Notes: generated from the sequence alone by a model not told the origin. Shown: positions 15,421 through 24,382, counted from the stretch's first letter. The stretch is 43,151 bases of DNA from Deltaproteobacteria bacterium (GCA_030698575.1 JAUYMQ010000519.1:1-43151); one strand, 5' to 3'. Numbers and translations are program-made.

Positions 15421-15890
15421 GACGAGTCTTACTGTCGGCCGATCCCGATTGGGAAACTCGGAAGCTCGGGCATGATTGGCCGGAACTTATACGAGATATT
15501 CGCACCGCATTGACCCACGAACCCGCCCCGCCGCAACCCTCGACTGCCAACCAATCGTCTGCGCCCTCTCCCGAGGGCGTAGGGCAGGGAGAGATTGCGG
15601 AAGGGGGCGGGCCTACGTCGAGAACGGACGCGGAGGAATTCTGGTCATATGAGGCGTCAAATATCAAATGTGTTCGCGCCGAGTTTGCCCGCAACCTTGC
15701 ACTCAAACTGCGCAATGCGGAGAAGGACGCAGAACGGTATCGCGCCAACCGTGAACGATCATACGAAAACCTGTGCGCGCATGCTCGCTCTATGGGGCCA
15801 CAAATGCAGACGCCGGATCGTGATGCGTTCATCCGCTATTACGATGATATTGCCGACCGCGCCCTCGTGCGCAAGGAGATCGAGCGATGA
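15396..15890 (+). CDS. Hypothetical protein (164 aa)
   Basis: ORF track. ATGA overlap with the upstream gene. Confidence 0.55.
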   Translation: MSDDRELLRRVLLSADPDWETRKLGHDWPELIRDIRTALTHEPAPPQPSTANQSSAPSPEGVGQGEIAEGGGPTSRTDAEEFWSYEASNIKCVRAEFARNLALKLRNAEKDAERYRANRERSYENLCAHARSMGPQMQTPDRDAFIRYYDDIADRALVRKEIER

Positions 15891-15911
15891 GCGCTGACCG
15901 GGAGTTGCTGA
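15873..15911 (+). repeat. 39-bp gene-junction repeat, copy 2
   Basis: AAGGAGATCGAGCGATGAGCGCTGACCGGGAGTTGCTGA spans ..KEIER* / MSADRELL.. and is followed by only a 25-codon ORF (15887-15964). Confidence 0.9.
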
Positions 15912-16006
15912 ATCCTGAGAGATCGCGCTCTCAAATGCAAGGACTCGGTCTTGTGATTTTCTAAACGGGATGCTAATCTAGCGCCCATCAACCCGGAGAT
16001 AAAAAC

Positions 16007-16423
16007 GTGATTACACTGAAACTGACATTCAACACCATCGAAGAAGCACTCGTTTTCCTGCAGCCCAAGATCAATGCTACGGCACCGGTATCGGCCGGCC
16101 CCGACAAGGGATCACCGTCCGTAGAGGGGGACAAAGATAAAGTCCTAACCTCCATGCCGGCTGCTGTGGCCCCCATCACGCCCGCCCCGGCGCCCAAGAA
16201 TAAGCCCGGACGGCCCCGGAAGCCCGCCGCTGCTGCCGCCGCCGCTGGCCCGACGGAGGCGGACGTTCGCGCCGCGCTGATGAAGGTGAACGACAAGTTC
16301 GGCGCCAGTGGACTTGCCAAGGTCGCCGAGGTCATCAAGCCGTTCGGTGTGACGCGCGTCGGGGAACTGAAGCCCGTGCAATACCTCGAGGTGATCGCCG
16401 CTGCCGACGGTGCGCTGGCGTGA
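16007..16423 (+). CDS. Hypothetical protein with an AT-hook-like GRPRK motif
   Basis: ORF track (GTG start, GGAGA upstream). Contains KNKPGRPRKPAAAAAAA. Confidence 0.55.
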   Translation: MITLKLTFNTIEEALVFLQPKINATAPVSAGPDKGSPSVEGDKDKVLTSMPAAVAPITPAPAPKNKPGRPRKPAAAAAAAGPTEADVRAALMKVNDKFGASGLAKVAEVIKPFGVTRVGELKPVQYLEVIAAADGALA

Positions 16424-17607
16424 TTAAACCTCAGAAAACGCATTCCGCGATAGGTGCGTCAAGCATGCACCGCTGGGCTGCGTGCCCGGGCTCGGTCGCC
16501 CTGTCCGACGGCATTCACGCCCCGACCAGCCGCTACGCCGCCGAGGGTACCTGCGCGCATGATCTGGCGGCGGGGTGTTTGATTGCCGGTGTAGATCCGG
16601 ACGTTTATTTCGGCGCCAAGCGGGCCGCCGACGGCTTCGAGTTTACAGTCGACGAGGAAATGGTTGACGGTGTGCGGCTTTACATCGAGGCCGGTGCCGA
16701 TCTTTTCGACAAGGCCGCTGGTGACGAGATGCACGTCGAGCGCAAGTTCGACCTGTCCCATGTCTACCCAGGCCTGTACGGCACCAACGACCGCATCATC
16801 TGGAAGCCGGCGCAACGGCGCCTGATCGTGGACGACTTCAAGTACGGAGCGGGGACGCCGGTCGAAGTCAAGGGCAACAAACAATTGCGATACTACGGTT
16901 TGGGCGCGGTGCTGACGCTGAATCTGCCGGTGATGGAGGTCTGGAATCGCATCATCCAGCCCCGATGCCCGCACCCGGACGGCCCGATCCGCGAAGAGAA
17001 GCTGAACGCGCTCGATCTGCTGGACTTTCGGGGCGAACTCATTGCTGCGGCCAAAGCCACCAAGGCCGCCGACGCGGGCTTGGTTGCGGGCGACCACTGC
17101 CAATTCTGCCCCGCGGCGGGCGTGTGCCCCGAGCTCGCGAAAAAGGCGCAGCACGCTGCGGCGCTCGCGTTCGAGAACGTAGTGCCGCCGACGCCCGAGA
17201 ATCCGAAGGGCATTGACTACGACAAGCTAGCCGAGGCGCTGCGCCTTGCGCCGGTGGTCAAGTCCTGGGCGACGGCGGTGGATGAACTTGCCTACGCCGA
17301 GGCCGAGTCGGGCAAGACGATCCCCGGCTACAAGCTGGTCGACAAACGGGCGAACCGCACGTGGGTCGACGTGGCCAAGGCCGAGCAAACGCTGAAGGAA
17401 CTCGGCTTGGGCGAGACGCAGATGTACCCGCTGCCGGTGCTGAAGTCGCCGCCGCAGATCGAGAAGGTGCTGGGCAAGAAAGAATTCGCCGTGATCGCGC
17501 CCGGTCTGGTGGAGCGGAAGTCGTCGGGTCATGCGTTGGTGCCCGACTCCGACAAACGGCCGGCAGTCACGAAGCAGAGTGCCGCCGACGTGTTCACTAA
17601 CGCTTAA
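16420..17607 (+). CDS. PD-(D/E)XK (Cas4-like, DUF2800-type) nuclease
   Basis: ORF track. Has IVDDFKYG..EVKGNKQLRYY (D..D/ExK core) plus an N-terminal Cys and C-terminal CQFCPAAGVC (four-Cys cluster pattern). It is adjacent to DUF2815-like and PolA genes, as in known modules. Confidence 0.75.
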   Translation: MIKPQKTHSAIGASSMHRWAACPGSVALSDGIHAPTSRYAAEGTCAHDLAAGCLIAGVDPDVYFGAKRAADGFEFTVDEEMVDGVRLYIEAGADLFDKAAGDEMHVERKFDLSHVYPGLYGTNDRIIWKPAQRRLIVDDFKYGAGTPVEVKGNKQLRYYGLGAVLTLNLPVMEVWNRIIQPRCPHPDGPIREEKLNALDLLDFRGELIAAAKATKAADAGLVAGDHCQFCPAAGVCPELAKKAQHAAALAFENVVPPTPENPKGIDYDKLAEALRLAPVVKSWATAVDELAYAEAESGKTIPGYKLVDKRANRTWVDVAKAEQTLKELGLGETQMYPLPVLKSPPQIEKVLGKKEFAVIAPGLVERKSSGHALVPDSDKRPAVTKQSAADVFTNA

Positions 17608-17627
17608 CGCTGAAAAGGAAATTTGAA

Positions 17628-18191
17628 ATGCTCGAAAACGTCATTACATCGCCGTTCCGCGTGTCGTACCCGCAGGTGTTCCGGTCCAAACACAACGACC
17701 TGAACGGCAAGGATGAGTACTCCGTCGTCGCGCTCTTCCCTAAGGGCGCCGACCTGTCCGTGCTGCAAAAGGCCGCGAACGACGCCATCGTGGATAAGTG
17801 GGGTGCGGACAAGGCCAAGTGGCCGAAGCCGTTGCGTTCGCCCTTCCGCAAGCACGAAGAGAAGGAAAAGGACGGCAAGCTGCCAGAAGGTATGGAGCCG
17901 GGGGGCATTTTCATATCCCTGCGCTCGATCCAGCGGCCCGGCCTGGTGGACGGCGACCGGCAGCCGGTGATCGACGAGACGGGGTTCTACGCCGGGTGCT
18001 ATGCGAGGGCGCAGGTCCGGGCGTATGCCTACGACATGAAGGGCAACAAGGGCGTCGCCTTCGGGCTGCAGAACTTGCAGAAGATGGCCGACGGCGACCC
18101 GTTGAGTGGGCGGCAGAAGGCGGAAGATGCCTTTGAGCCGGTGGCAGGCGTGGCGGCGGACGCTGACGCCGGCGATCCGTTCGGCGCGTAA
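17628..18191 (+). CDS. DUF2815-type phage ssDNA-binding-like protein
   Basis: ORF track. The N-terminus (SPFRVSYPQVF) and acidic C-terminal tail (ADADAGDPFGA) are reminiscent of SSB tails. It sits in a conserved position before PolA. Confidence 0.65.
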   Translation: MLENVITSPFRVSYPQVFRSKHNDLNGKDEYSVVALFPKGADLSVLQKAANDAIVDKWGADKAKWPKPLRSPFRKHEEKEKDGKLPEGMEPGGIFISLRSIQRPGLVDGDRQPVIDETGFYAGCYARAQVRAYAYDMKGNKGVAFGLQNLQKMADGDPLSGRQKAEDAFEPVAGVAADADAGDPFGA

Positions 18192-18213
18192 GCACTGATG
18201 CGATGAACCTCTG

Positions 18214-18237
18214 CACCGCCCTTCGGGGCGGTGTTTT
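18214..18237 (+). terminator. Rho-independent terminator candidate
   Basis: CACCGCCC-TTCG-GGGCGGTG followed by TTTT, 23 nt after the SSB-like stop. Confidence 0.7.
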
Positions 18238-18242
18238 CCCGA

Positions 18243-20243
18243 ATGACCGCCTACCTTCACGTTGACTTCGAAACCCGCAGCACTCTCGACCTGCGCAAAG
18301 TCGGGCTGCACAACTACGCCCGGCATCCGACGACGGATGTGTGGTGCTGCGGGATGGCGTTGGGGGATGGCAAGATCGGGATGTCCACGCTGGCCGATAA
18401 GCATTGGATTCCGCCCGATTTTGCTGTGCATGTTAAATCGGGTGGCACAGTCGTTGCCCACAACGCCGCCTTCGAGCTCACGATCTGGAACGAGGTCATG
18501 GTGCCGCGCTACGGCTGGCCTGTTCCGAAGCCCGGGCAGTGCCAATGCACGATGGCGATGGCTTACGCGATGGCGCTGCCGGGCGCCCTCGAGAACGCGG
18601 CTGCGGCTGTCGGGCTCGACGCGCGCAAGGACATGGCGGGGCACCGGCTGATGCTGCAGATGGCCGCGCCGCGCTCGCTCGATCCGCTGACGTGGTGGGA
18701 CGACCCCGCCCGCTTAGAGCGCCTGTACGACTACTGCAAGACTGATGTGGAGGTGGAGCGCCAGCTTTACAAACGGCTCTTGGCGCTGCCGCCAACAGAG
18801 CAAGCACTGTGGCTTCTCGATCAGCGCATCAACAACCGGGGCGTCTACGTAGATCGGGCTGCTGTTCAGGCAGCGATCGAGATCGTGGAGTCCGAGCAGA
18901 CCCGGCTCAACCAGGAAATGCGCCGTGTCACGAACAACGCCGTCGCCACCTGTTCCGCCGTCGGCCAGTTGGGCGACTGGATCCGGTTCCGGGGCGTAGC
19001 GATGCCCGGCGTGGCGAAGGCCGACGTGCTGGACGCGCTCACCGACGACACGTTGCCGCCGGATGTCGCCAAAGCGTTGCGATTGCGACAAGAGGCAGCA
19101 AAAACCTCGACGGCGAAGCTGAAGAAAATGATGGAGTCGGCGTCCGGGGACGGCCGGCTGCGCGGCATGTTCCAGTACCACGGGGCGGGCACCGGCCGAT
19201 GGGCCGCCCGTAAGGTGCAATTGCATAATTTACCCCGCCCCAAGATTGGGCAGCCGGAGATTGACGGGATTTTCCATATCCTGAGCAAGCCCGATCCGGC
19301 GCCGCACAAAGCCCGCCTGATCGACATGATGTACGGGCCGCCGCTCGACAACATCTCGTCCTGCCTGCGCGGCATGCTGACCGCCGGCCCAGGCAAGCAC
19401 TTGATCGCGGGCGACTTCGCCAATATCGAGGGGCGGGGTATTGCGTGGCTGGCGGGCGAGCAGTGGAAGCTCAATGCCTTTCAGGCGCATGACAACGGTG
19501 TTGGCTCCGGCATTTACGAGCTTGCTTATGGCAGAGCCTTCGGAGTGGATCCCGCCGAAGTGACGAGTGAGCAGCGTCAAGTCGGCAAGGTGATGGAGCT
19601 CGCTCTGGGGTATCAGGGTGGGGTGGGCGCATTTCAGATGATGGCGAAGGGGTATAACGTCGCCGTGCCCGACGCGCAGGCCGAGGAATTCAAGCTCCGC
19701 TGGCGCGAGGTGCACCCAGCAGTCGTGAATTACTGGTACGCGCTCGAGGCCGCCGCGATCGACGCCGTGCTGCATCCCGGTGTCGTGACGACCGCCGGCC
19801 CGGCCGAGTGCGAAGTGAAGTTTCGCGTCAAGGGGTCGTTCCTGTGGTGCAAGCTGCCGAGCGGCCGCAATCTCTGCTACCCCTACCCGAAGATGAAGCC
19901 GCGGGAAACCCCGTGGGGTGAGATGAAGGACCAGATTCACTACATGACGGTGGACGGGCAATCGAATAAGTGGGTCGAAACGCACACCTACGGCGGCAAG
20001 CTCTCCGAGAACATCACCCAGGCGATCAGCCGGGACATCTTGGCGCACGCGATGAATGAGCTTGAGAAGCGACATTACGATATCGTGCTGCACGTTCACG
20101 ACGAAGTCGTAGTCGAGGTGCCCGAGGATGCGAAGCCATCGACGATGGAGAATGTCGCGCGAATCATGGAGCTCGTGCCGGAGTGGGCGTTTGGGTTCCC
20201 GATCAAGGTCAAAGCGTGGCGTGGGGTGAGGTACCGCAAGTGA
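18243..20243 (+). CDS. Family A DNA polymerase with 3-prime-5-prime exonuclease domain
   Basis: Track ORF 18231..20243. The ATG at 18243 is preferred because the GTG at 18231 lies inside the terminator stem. Motifs seen: HVDFETRS (ExoI), HNAAFE (ExoII), DFANIEGR (motif A), RQVGKVMELALGYQGG (motif B) and VHDEVV (motif C). Confidence 0.9.
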   Translation: MTAYLHVDFETRSTLDLRKVGLHNYARHPTTDVWCCGMALGDGKIGMSTLADKHWIPPDFAVHVKSGGTVVAHNAAFELTIWNEVMVPRYGWPVPKPGQCQCTMAMAYAMALPGALENAAAAVGLDARKDMAGHRLMLQMAAPRSLDPLTWWDDPARLERLYDYCKTDVEVERQLYKRLLALPPTEQALWLLDQRINNRGVYVDRAAVQAAIEIVESEQTRLNQEMRRVTNNAVATCSAVGQLGDWIRFRGVAMPGVAKADVLDALTDDTLPPDVAKALRLRQEAAKTSTAKLKKMMESASGDGRLRGMFQYHGAGTGRWAARKVQLHNLPRPKIGQPEIDGIFHILSKPDPAPHKARLIDMMYGPPLDNISSCLRGMLTAGPGKHLIAGDFANIEGRGIAWLAGEQWKLNAFQAHDNGVGSGIYELAYGRAFGVDPAEVTSEQRQVGKVMELALGYQGGVGAFQMMAKGYNVAVPDAQAEEFKLRWREVHPAVVNYWYALEAAAIDAVLHPGVVTTAGPAECEVKFRVKGSFLWCKLPSGRNLCYPYPKMKPRETPWGEMKDQIHYMTVDGQSNKWVETHTYGGKLSENITQAISRDILAHAMNELEKRHYDIVLHVHDEVVVEVPEDAKPSTMENVARIMELVPEWAFGFPIKVKAWRGVRYRK

Positions 20244-20842
20244 AATATACGACTGTCGTAGCGGACCCACCATGGCCCATTGAATGGGTAGGCGGGGGCG
20301 CGTACCGAACGAATGGCAGGGGTGAAAAACACCTAAATGCGAAGTTCAAAGCCCCTCTCCCATACTCCACTCTTAGCATCAACGACATTTGCGCTTTCAG
20401 GGTTATTGATTTTGTGGCGTCAGATGCGCACCTGTACTTGTGGGCACCAGACAAGTTTTTGATTTCGGGTGATGCTGCGCGCGTTGCGATAGCGTGGGGG
20501 TTCAAACCGCTGCGGTTGTTTGTGTGGGCAAAAAACGGTTTTGCTCTCGGTCGTTTTCCACGGCCGCAGCACGAGCAGGCTTTGATTTGCCGACGGGGAA
20601 ACCTCGCCTTCCGGGTTAACAATGTTGGTAGCGTGCAAACATGGAAGATGCCGTACGCCCGAAGTGGGCGGTCATTTGCGCGGGTGCACTCTCGCAAGCC
20701 CGATGAATTTCTGGATCTTGTAGAACGCGCCAGCCCAGGGCCGTATTTGGAACTATTTGCACGGCGCAATCGTCGTGGTTGGGCTGCGTGGGGGAACGAG
20801 TGTCATTCAGAAAATCTTGACATGACGGGTGTTTTTCTGTGA
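20240..20842 (+). CDS. MT-A70-family N6-adenine DNA methyltransferase
   Basis: Track ORF 20183..20842, taking the GTG at 20240, which overlaps the polymerase stop (GGTGAGG SD). Motifs seen: VVADPPWP and SRKPDEF..LELFARR..GW..WGNE. GC is visibly lower than in neighbouring genes. Confidence 0.8.
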   Translation: MKYTTVVADPPWPIEWVGGGAYRTNGRGEKHLNAKFKAPLPYSTLSINDICAFRVIDFVASDAHLYLWAPDKFLISGDAARVAIAWGFKPLRLFVWAKNGFALGRFPRPQHEQALICRRGNLAFRVNNVGSVQTWKMPYARSGRSFARVHSRKPDEFLDLVERASPGPYLELFARRNRRGWAAWGNECHSENLDMTGVFL

Positions 20843-21036
20843 GCGACATCGCTGACCAAGGCAACGACACCGCCGAGATGTTCCTGAGTGCCAGCCTGCG
20901 TAATCTGAAGCCGGTCCCACCGGCACACGGAATAGGGATGTGCCTCAACTGCGGGGCCGCCGTGCCAGGCGAGCAGCAGCGTTGGTGCGACATCGAGTGT
21001 CGGGAGGATTGGGAACGTGCGAATCATCGTCGGTGA
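20839..21036 (+). CDS. TraR/DksA-type C4 zinc-finger protein
   Basis: ORF track. Contains CLNCGAAVPGEQQRWCDIEC. Confidence 0.6.
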   Translation: MSDIADQGNDTAEMFLSASLRNLKPVPPAHGIGMCLNCGAAVPGEQQRWCDIECREDWERANHRR

Positions 21037-21062
21037 CGTGCCGCTGAGATGGCGCGAAAGAG

Positions 21063-23267
21063 GTGCGCGTGACCAAAACTAAACTCGACCACGCTCTCGA
21101 ATTGGCGGCGCAGGGCTTCTACGTTTTCCCCATCGTGGCGGGGAAGAAGGCCCCGCCCTATTTTAAGGAGTGGCAGAAAATTGCAACAAGAGACACCACT
21201 ATTTTAAGGGACTGGTGGGCGAGTCGTGATTTCAACATCGGCATTTCAACGTCCACTTTCGCGGAGGGGCAAGCCCTCCTTGTCGTGGACGTGGACAATA
21301 AAGGAGACAAGCATGGAGATGAAACCCTGCTGCGGCTTGAACTTGAAGGTCGGGAACTGCCCCGCACTTACTGTCAGCTTACGCCAACGGGCGGTCGGCA
21401 TCTTGTATATCGATGTGACACACCCGTGCGCCAAGGCGCAAACGTACTCGGTTCGGGGCTCGATATCCGAAGCCGGGGTGGCTACATTGTCGCTGCGGGA
21501 AGCCAGGTTCCCGTCGGAACCTACGTGGTGGGACTGCCCGGAGACGTTTCGCGCGCGCCTGCATGGCTCATTGACCGATGCGGTCGGCCCCGCGAACGGG
21601 TTCGGCAAAATCAGCCTGCCCCCGCCGGAGTAGACGCCGCGAGTGCAATCGCGCGCGCCAAACACTACCTCGAGTACGAGGCACCTCTGGCCGTTGAAGG
21701 ACAAGGGGGCGACGAGACGACGTACAAAGTCGCTGCGCGGCTGAAGGACTTTGGCGTGTCCCTCGATTGCGCTGACGATTTGATGGCTTTGCACTGGAAT
21801 CCTCGCTGCTCTCCCCCGTGGGATCCTGACCCGATGTTCGAAAAGGTCAAAAACGCCTACGCCTACGGGCAGGATCCGCCGGGGGTCGCTGCGCCCGAAG
21901 CGGTGTTTCCCCTCGTAGACGTGTCACAAAAAGACCCCCAAATTGAGGGCAAGATCACGTCCAAAACCCACCCTTTCGACAAACTGAATCAGGAATTCGC
22001 CTTCACTATCGCTGGCGGCGGGTCGCACATCTTGTGGGAAACAACCGACGCCAAGGACCGGCCAGTGTTGCAGCACCTTGACACCGGCACGTTCCACAAA
22101 AAGCATGCCGCGTGGAAGATGAACTTGGGAAAGCGCGACGAGCCTGTGACCGAGCTCTGGATGCAGGCGCCCCGGCGGCGCAGCTACGACGGCCTGGTTT
22201 TCATGCCGGCGCAGAAAGCACCCACCCGATTCTACAACCTTTTTCGAGGATTCGCATATGAACCTGCCAGCCACCGATACGAGTCTCACCCCGCCGTCGA
22301 AGCCTGGTTGGAGCATGCCCGAGTTAACATCTGTCGAAATGACGGCGCGCTATTCCGATGGTTCGTCGGGTACTTTGCACATTTGGTTCAACGCCCCTGG
22401 GAAAAACCCCTCGTGGCACTGGTGCTTCGCGGGGGCAAAGGAGTTGGAAAGAATGCCGTCATCGAAAGAATTGGCGCTCTTCTCGGCGGCCATTTCCTAC
22501 TGTCGTCGAATCGTCGGTATCTAGTCGGCAACTTCAACGGGCATCTGGAAAACTTGCTCCTGTTCGCGCTTGATGAAGCGTTCTGGTCGGGCGACAAGCA
22601 GGCCGAGGGACAACTGAAGGACTTGATCACGGGGAACTGCCATGTCATCGAGCACAAAGGTAAAGAGCCGTACACCGTCGAAAACCGCACCCGCATCGCC
22701 ATCATCGGGAATGAGACATGGCTTGTCCCCTCTACGCACGATGAAAGGCGTTTTGCCGTATTCGATGTGGGTGACGGACGACGGGAAGATCGTGGGTTTT
22801 TTGATTCAATGCGGCGGGATATGGAGACCGGCGGATACAGATCACTGTTGCGTTACCTTCTCGACTTCGATGTTGAAGGACTTGATTTCAGCCACGCCCC
22901 CAGCACGACCGGCTTGCTTGAGCAAAAGCACGCCAGCCTCGAACCGCTCGAGCAATGGTGGCTCGATTGCCTTACCGAAGGACGAATTGTGGCGGGCGAT
23001 TTCGCACACACCTTTGGGGCGCAGGTTGAGTGCGAACGTTTCCGGCAAGCGTTCCGGCGTTACGCGCGGGACCGCAATATCCGCAGCCGAATTGTTGATG
23101 ACAAAACCTTCGGTCGAATCATGAAGAAGGTGTGCCCGATCATCGTGCCAGGCAGGATGCGCGAAGCCGGGGCGCTGATAAACACCTACCGCCTGCCGTT
23201 GCTGAAAGAAGCGCGGGCGTGCTGGGACACATTCATTGGCCATAAGGTGGAGTGGCCCGCGGAGTGA
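21063..23267 (+). CDS. Bifunctional primase-polymerase / P4- or D5-type helicase
   Basis: ORF track, 734 aa. The N-terminus is prim-pol-like (GFYVFPI..LVVDVDNK..GGRHLVYR). Walker A is LRGGKGVGKN and Walker B is LLFALDEAFW. Confidence 0.85.
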   Translation: MRVTKTKLDHALELAAQGFYVFPIVAGKKAPPYFKEWQKIATRDTTILRDWWASRDFNIGISTSTFAEGQALLVVDVDNKGDKHGDETLLRLELEGRELPRTYCQLTPTGGRHLVYRCDTPVRQGANVLGSGLDIRSRGGYIVAAGSQVPVGTYVVGLPGDVSRAPAWLIDRCGRPRERVRQNQPAPAGVDAASAIARAKHYLEYEAPLAVEGQGGDETTYKVAARLKDFGVSLDCADDLMALHWNPRCSPPWDPDPMFEKVKNAYAYGQDPPGVAAPEAVFPLVDVSQKDPQIEGKITSKTHPFDKLNQEFAFTIAGGGSHILWETTDAKDRPVLQHLDTGTFHKKHAAWKMNLGKRDEPVTELWMQAPRRRSYDGLVFMPAQKAPTRFYNLFRGFAYEPASHRYESHPAVEAWLEHARVNICRNDGALFRWFVGYFAHLVQRPWEKPLVALVLRGGKGVGKNAVIERIGALLGGHFLLSSNRRYLVGNFNGHLENLLLFALDEAFWSGDKQAEGQLKDLITGNCHVIEHKGKEPYTVENRTRIAIIGNETWLVPSTHDERRFAVFDVGDGRREDRGFFDSMRRDMETGGYRSLLRYLLDFDVEGLDFSHAPSTTGLLEQKHASLEPLEQWWLDCLTEGRIVAGDFAHTFGAQVECERFRQAFRRYARDRNIRSRIVDDKTFGRIMKKVCPIIVPGRMREAGALINTYRLPLLKEARACWDTFIGHKVEWPAE

Positions 23268-24382
23268 GCCACCGGGCGTACTACAACGAGATCGATCCTT
23301 ATGCGGCCGAGTGGTTGCGAAATCTCATGCGCGAGGGATTAATCGCGCCGGGGGATGTTGATGAAAGATCCATCCGACAACTACACCCGATCGATCTTAT
23401 CGGGTACACCCAATGTCACTTCTTCGCAGGAATCGGCGTCTGGTCCTACACGCTCAGGCTCGCTGGTTGGCCCGACGACCGCCCCGTTTGGACCGGCTCT
23501 TGCCCCTGCCAGCCGTTCAGCGCGGCGGGGAAAGGGAAAGGTGCCGCCGACGCCCGGCATCTGTGGCCTGAGTGGTTCCGGCTCATACGAGAGCATCGCC
23601 CTGTCGCAATCTTTGGCGAGCAGGTTAGCGCCGCGATTCGTCACGGCTGGCTCGACCTTGTTTCAGCAGACCTGGAAGGTCTTGACTACGCCATCGGGGC
23701 GACAGTTATGGGCGCACACAGCGTCGGGGCGCCGCACATCCGGCAGCGGCTTTACTTCGTGGCCGACTCCCAATGTGCCGAACGGCGGTCGATCGATCAC
23801 GCACGCGGAAACGAAGGGCAACACGGCATATTTCAACGGGAAGAAAGTGCAGATCGGATTGGAAGCCGTATCGAAACTAGCATCGGGGCCGACGCCATGC
23901 CAGCAGGACGGCCCGAACGGCGGCCCGGCGCAAGGGACGGACAGACTACCGGGAGCGGCTGCGCTTGCCGGCTGGAACACGCCCACGGCGCCGGTAAAGA
24001 CGAACGGCCACCAAGCGGGCAACAATCGCTTTGTGACGAACACGGTGCGTGCGGTGTCGCCCAGGGCGACACCGAGCAGCCGGGATTGGAAGGACACGGC
24101 GGGCATGGCGTTGACGGGAACCAACCCGGACGGATCAGAGCGCATGAGGCTGGATCAATTGGCGCGGCAGGCGCAGTTGGCGGATTCTGGCGAGACGCCG
24201 ACTGGATTTACTGCCGAGGATTCGGAACCATCCCGCCCAGTTACCGACCCGTTGAGCCCGGATCATTCCCGCTGGTTGCAGGGATTGCCGCCAGAATGGA
24301 CAAGCTGCGCGCCTTTGGAAACTGCATCGTTGCTCCGCAAGCAACGGAGTTCGTCCGAGCCTACTGCGGCGTGACGGATTAG
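23252..24382 (+). CDS. DNA (cytosine-5)-methyltransferase, frame-0 ORF (the central ~420 nt looks non-coding in this frame)
   Basis: ORF track, 376 aa. Motifs seen: GSCPCQPFSAAGK (IV), IFGEQV (VI), APHIRQRLYFVA (VIII) and LRAFGNCIVAPQ (X). Between 23765 and 24190 the translation is low-complexity R/G/E/H text with lower GC3. Confidence 0.7.
   Translation: MARGVSHRAYYNEIDPYAAEWLRNLMREGLIAPGDVDERSIRQLHPIDLIGYTQCHFFAGIGVWSYTLRLAGWPDDRPVWTGSCPCQPFSAAGKGKGAADARHLWPEWFRLIREHRPVAIFGEQVSAAIRHGWLDLVSADLEGLDYAIGATVMGAHSVGAPHIRQRLYFVADSQCAERRSIDHARGNEGQHGIFQREESADRIGSRIETSIGADAMPAGRPERRPGARDGQTTGSGCACRLEHAHGAGKDERPPSGQQSLCDEHGACGVAQGDTEQPGLEGHGGHGVDGNQPGRIRAHEAGSIGAAGAVGGFWRDADWIYCRGFGTIPPSYRPVEPGSFPLVAGIAARMDKLRAFGNCIVAPQATEFVRAYCGVTD
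23760..24374 (+). CDS. +1-frame segment of the methyltransferase locus with WPTP-type repeats and RWLQGLPPEW; its status is unresolved
   Basis: This is part of track ORF 23355..24374. It reads SWPTPNVPNGGRS, SGPTPCQQDGPNGG, AGWNTPTAP, ATPSSRDWKD, RLDQLARQAQLA and SPDHSRWLQGLPPEW. By hand count, GC3 here is about 72-77%, against 50-61% for frame 0. Confidence 0.5.
   Translation, partial: WPTPNVPNGGRSITHAETKGNTAYFNGKKVQIGLEAVSKLASGPTPCQQDGPNGGPAQGTDRLPGAAALAGWNTPTAPVKTNGHQAGNNRFVTNTVRAVSPRATPSSRDWKDTAGMALTGTNPDGSERMRLDQLARQAQLADSGETPTGFTAEDSEPSRPVTDPLSPDHSRWLQGLPPEWTSCAPLETASLLRKQRSSSEPTAA

Noticed and set aside
17604-20273. Minus-strand ORFs of 346 aa and 347 aa opposite the SSB-like and DNA polymerase genes
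   Set aside because: Same reasoning: these are antisense shadows with Arg/Gly/His-rich text, while the plus strand carries polymerase motifs A, B and C.
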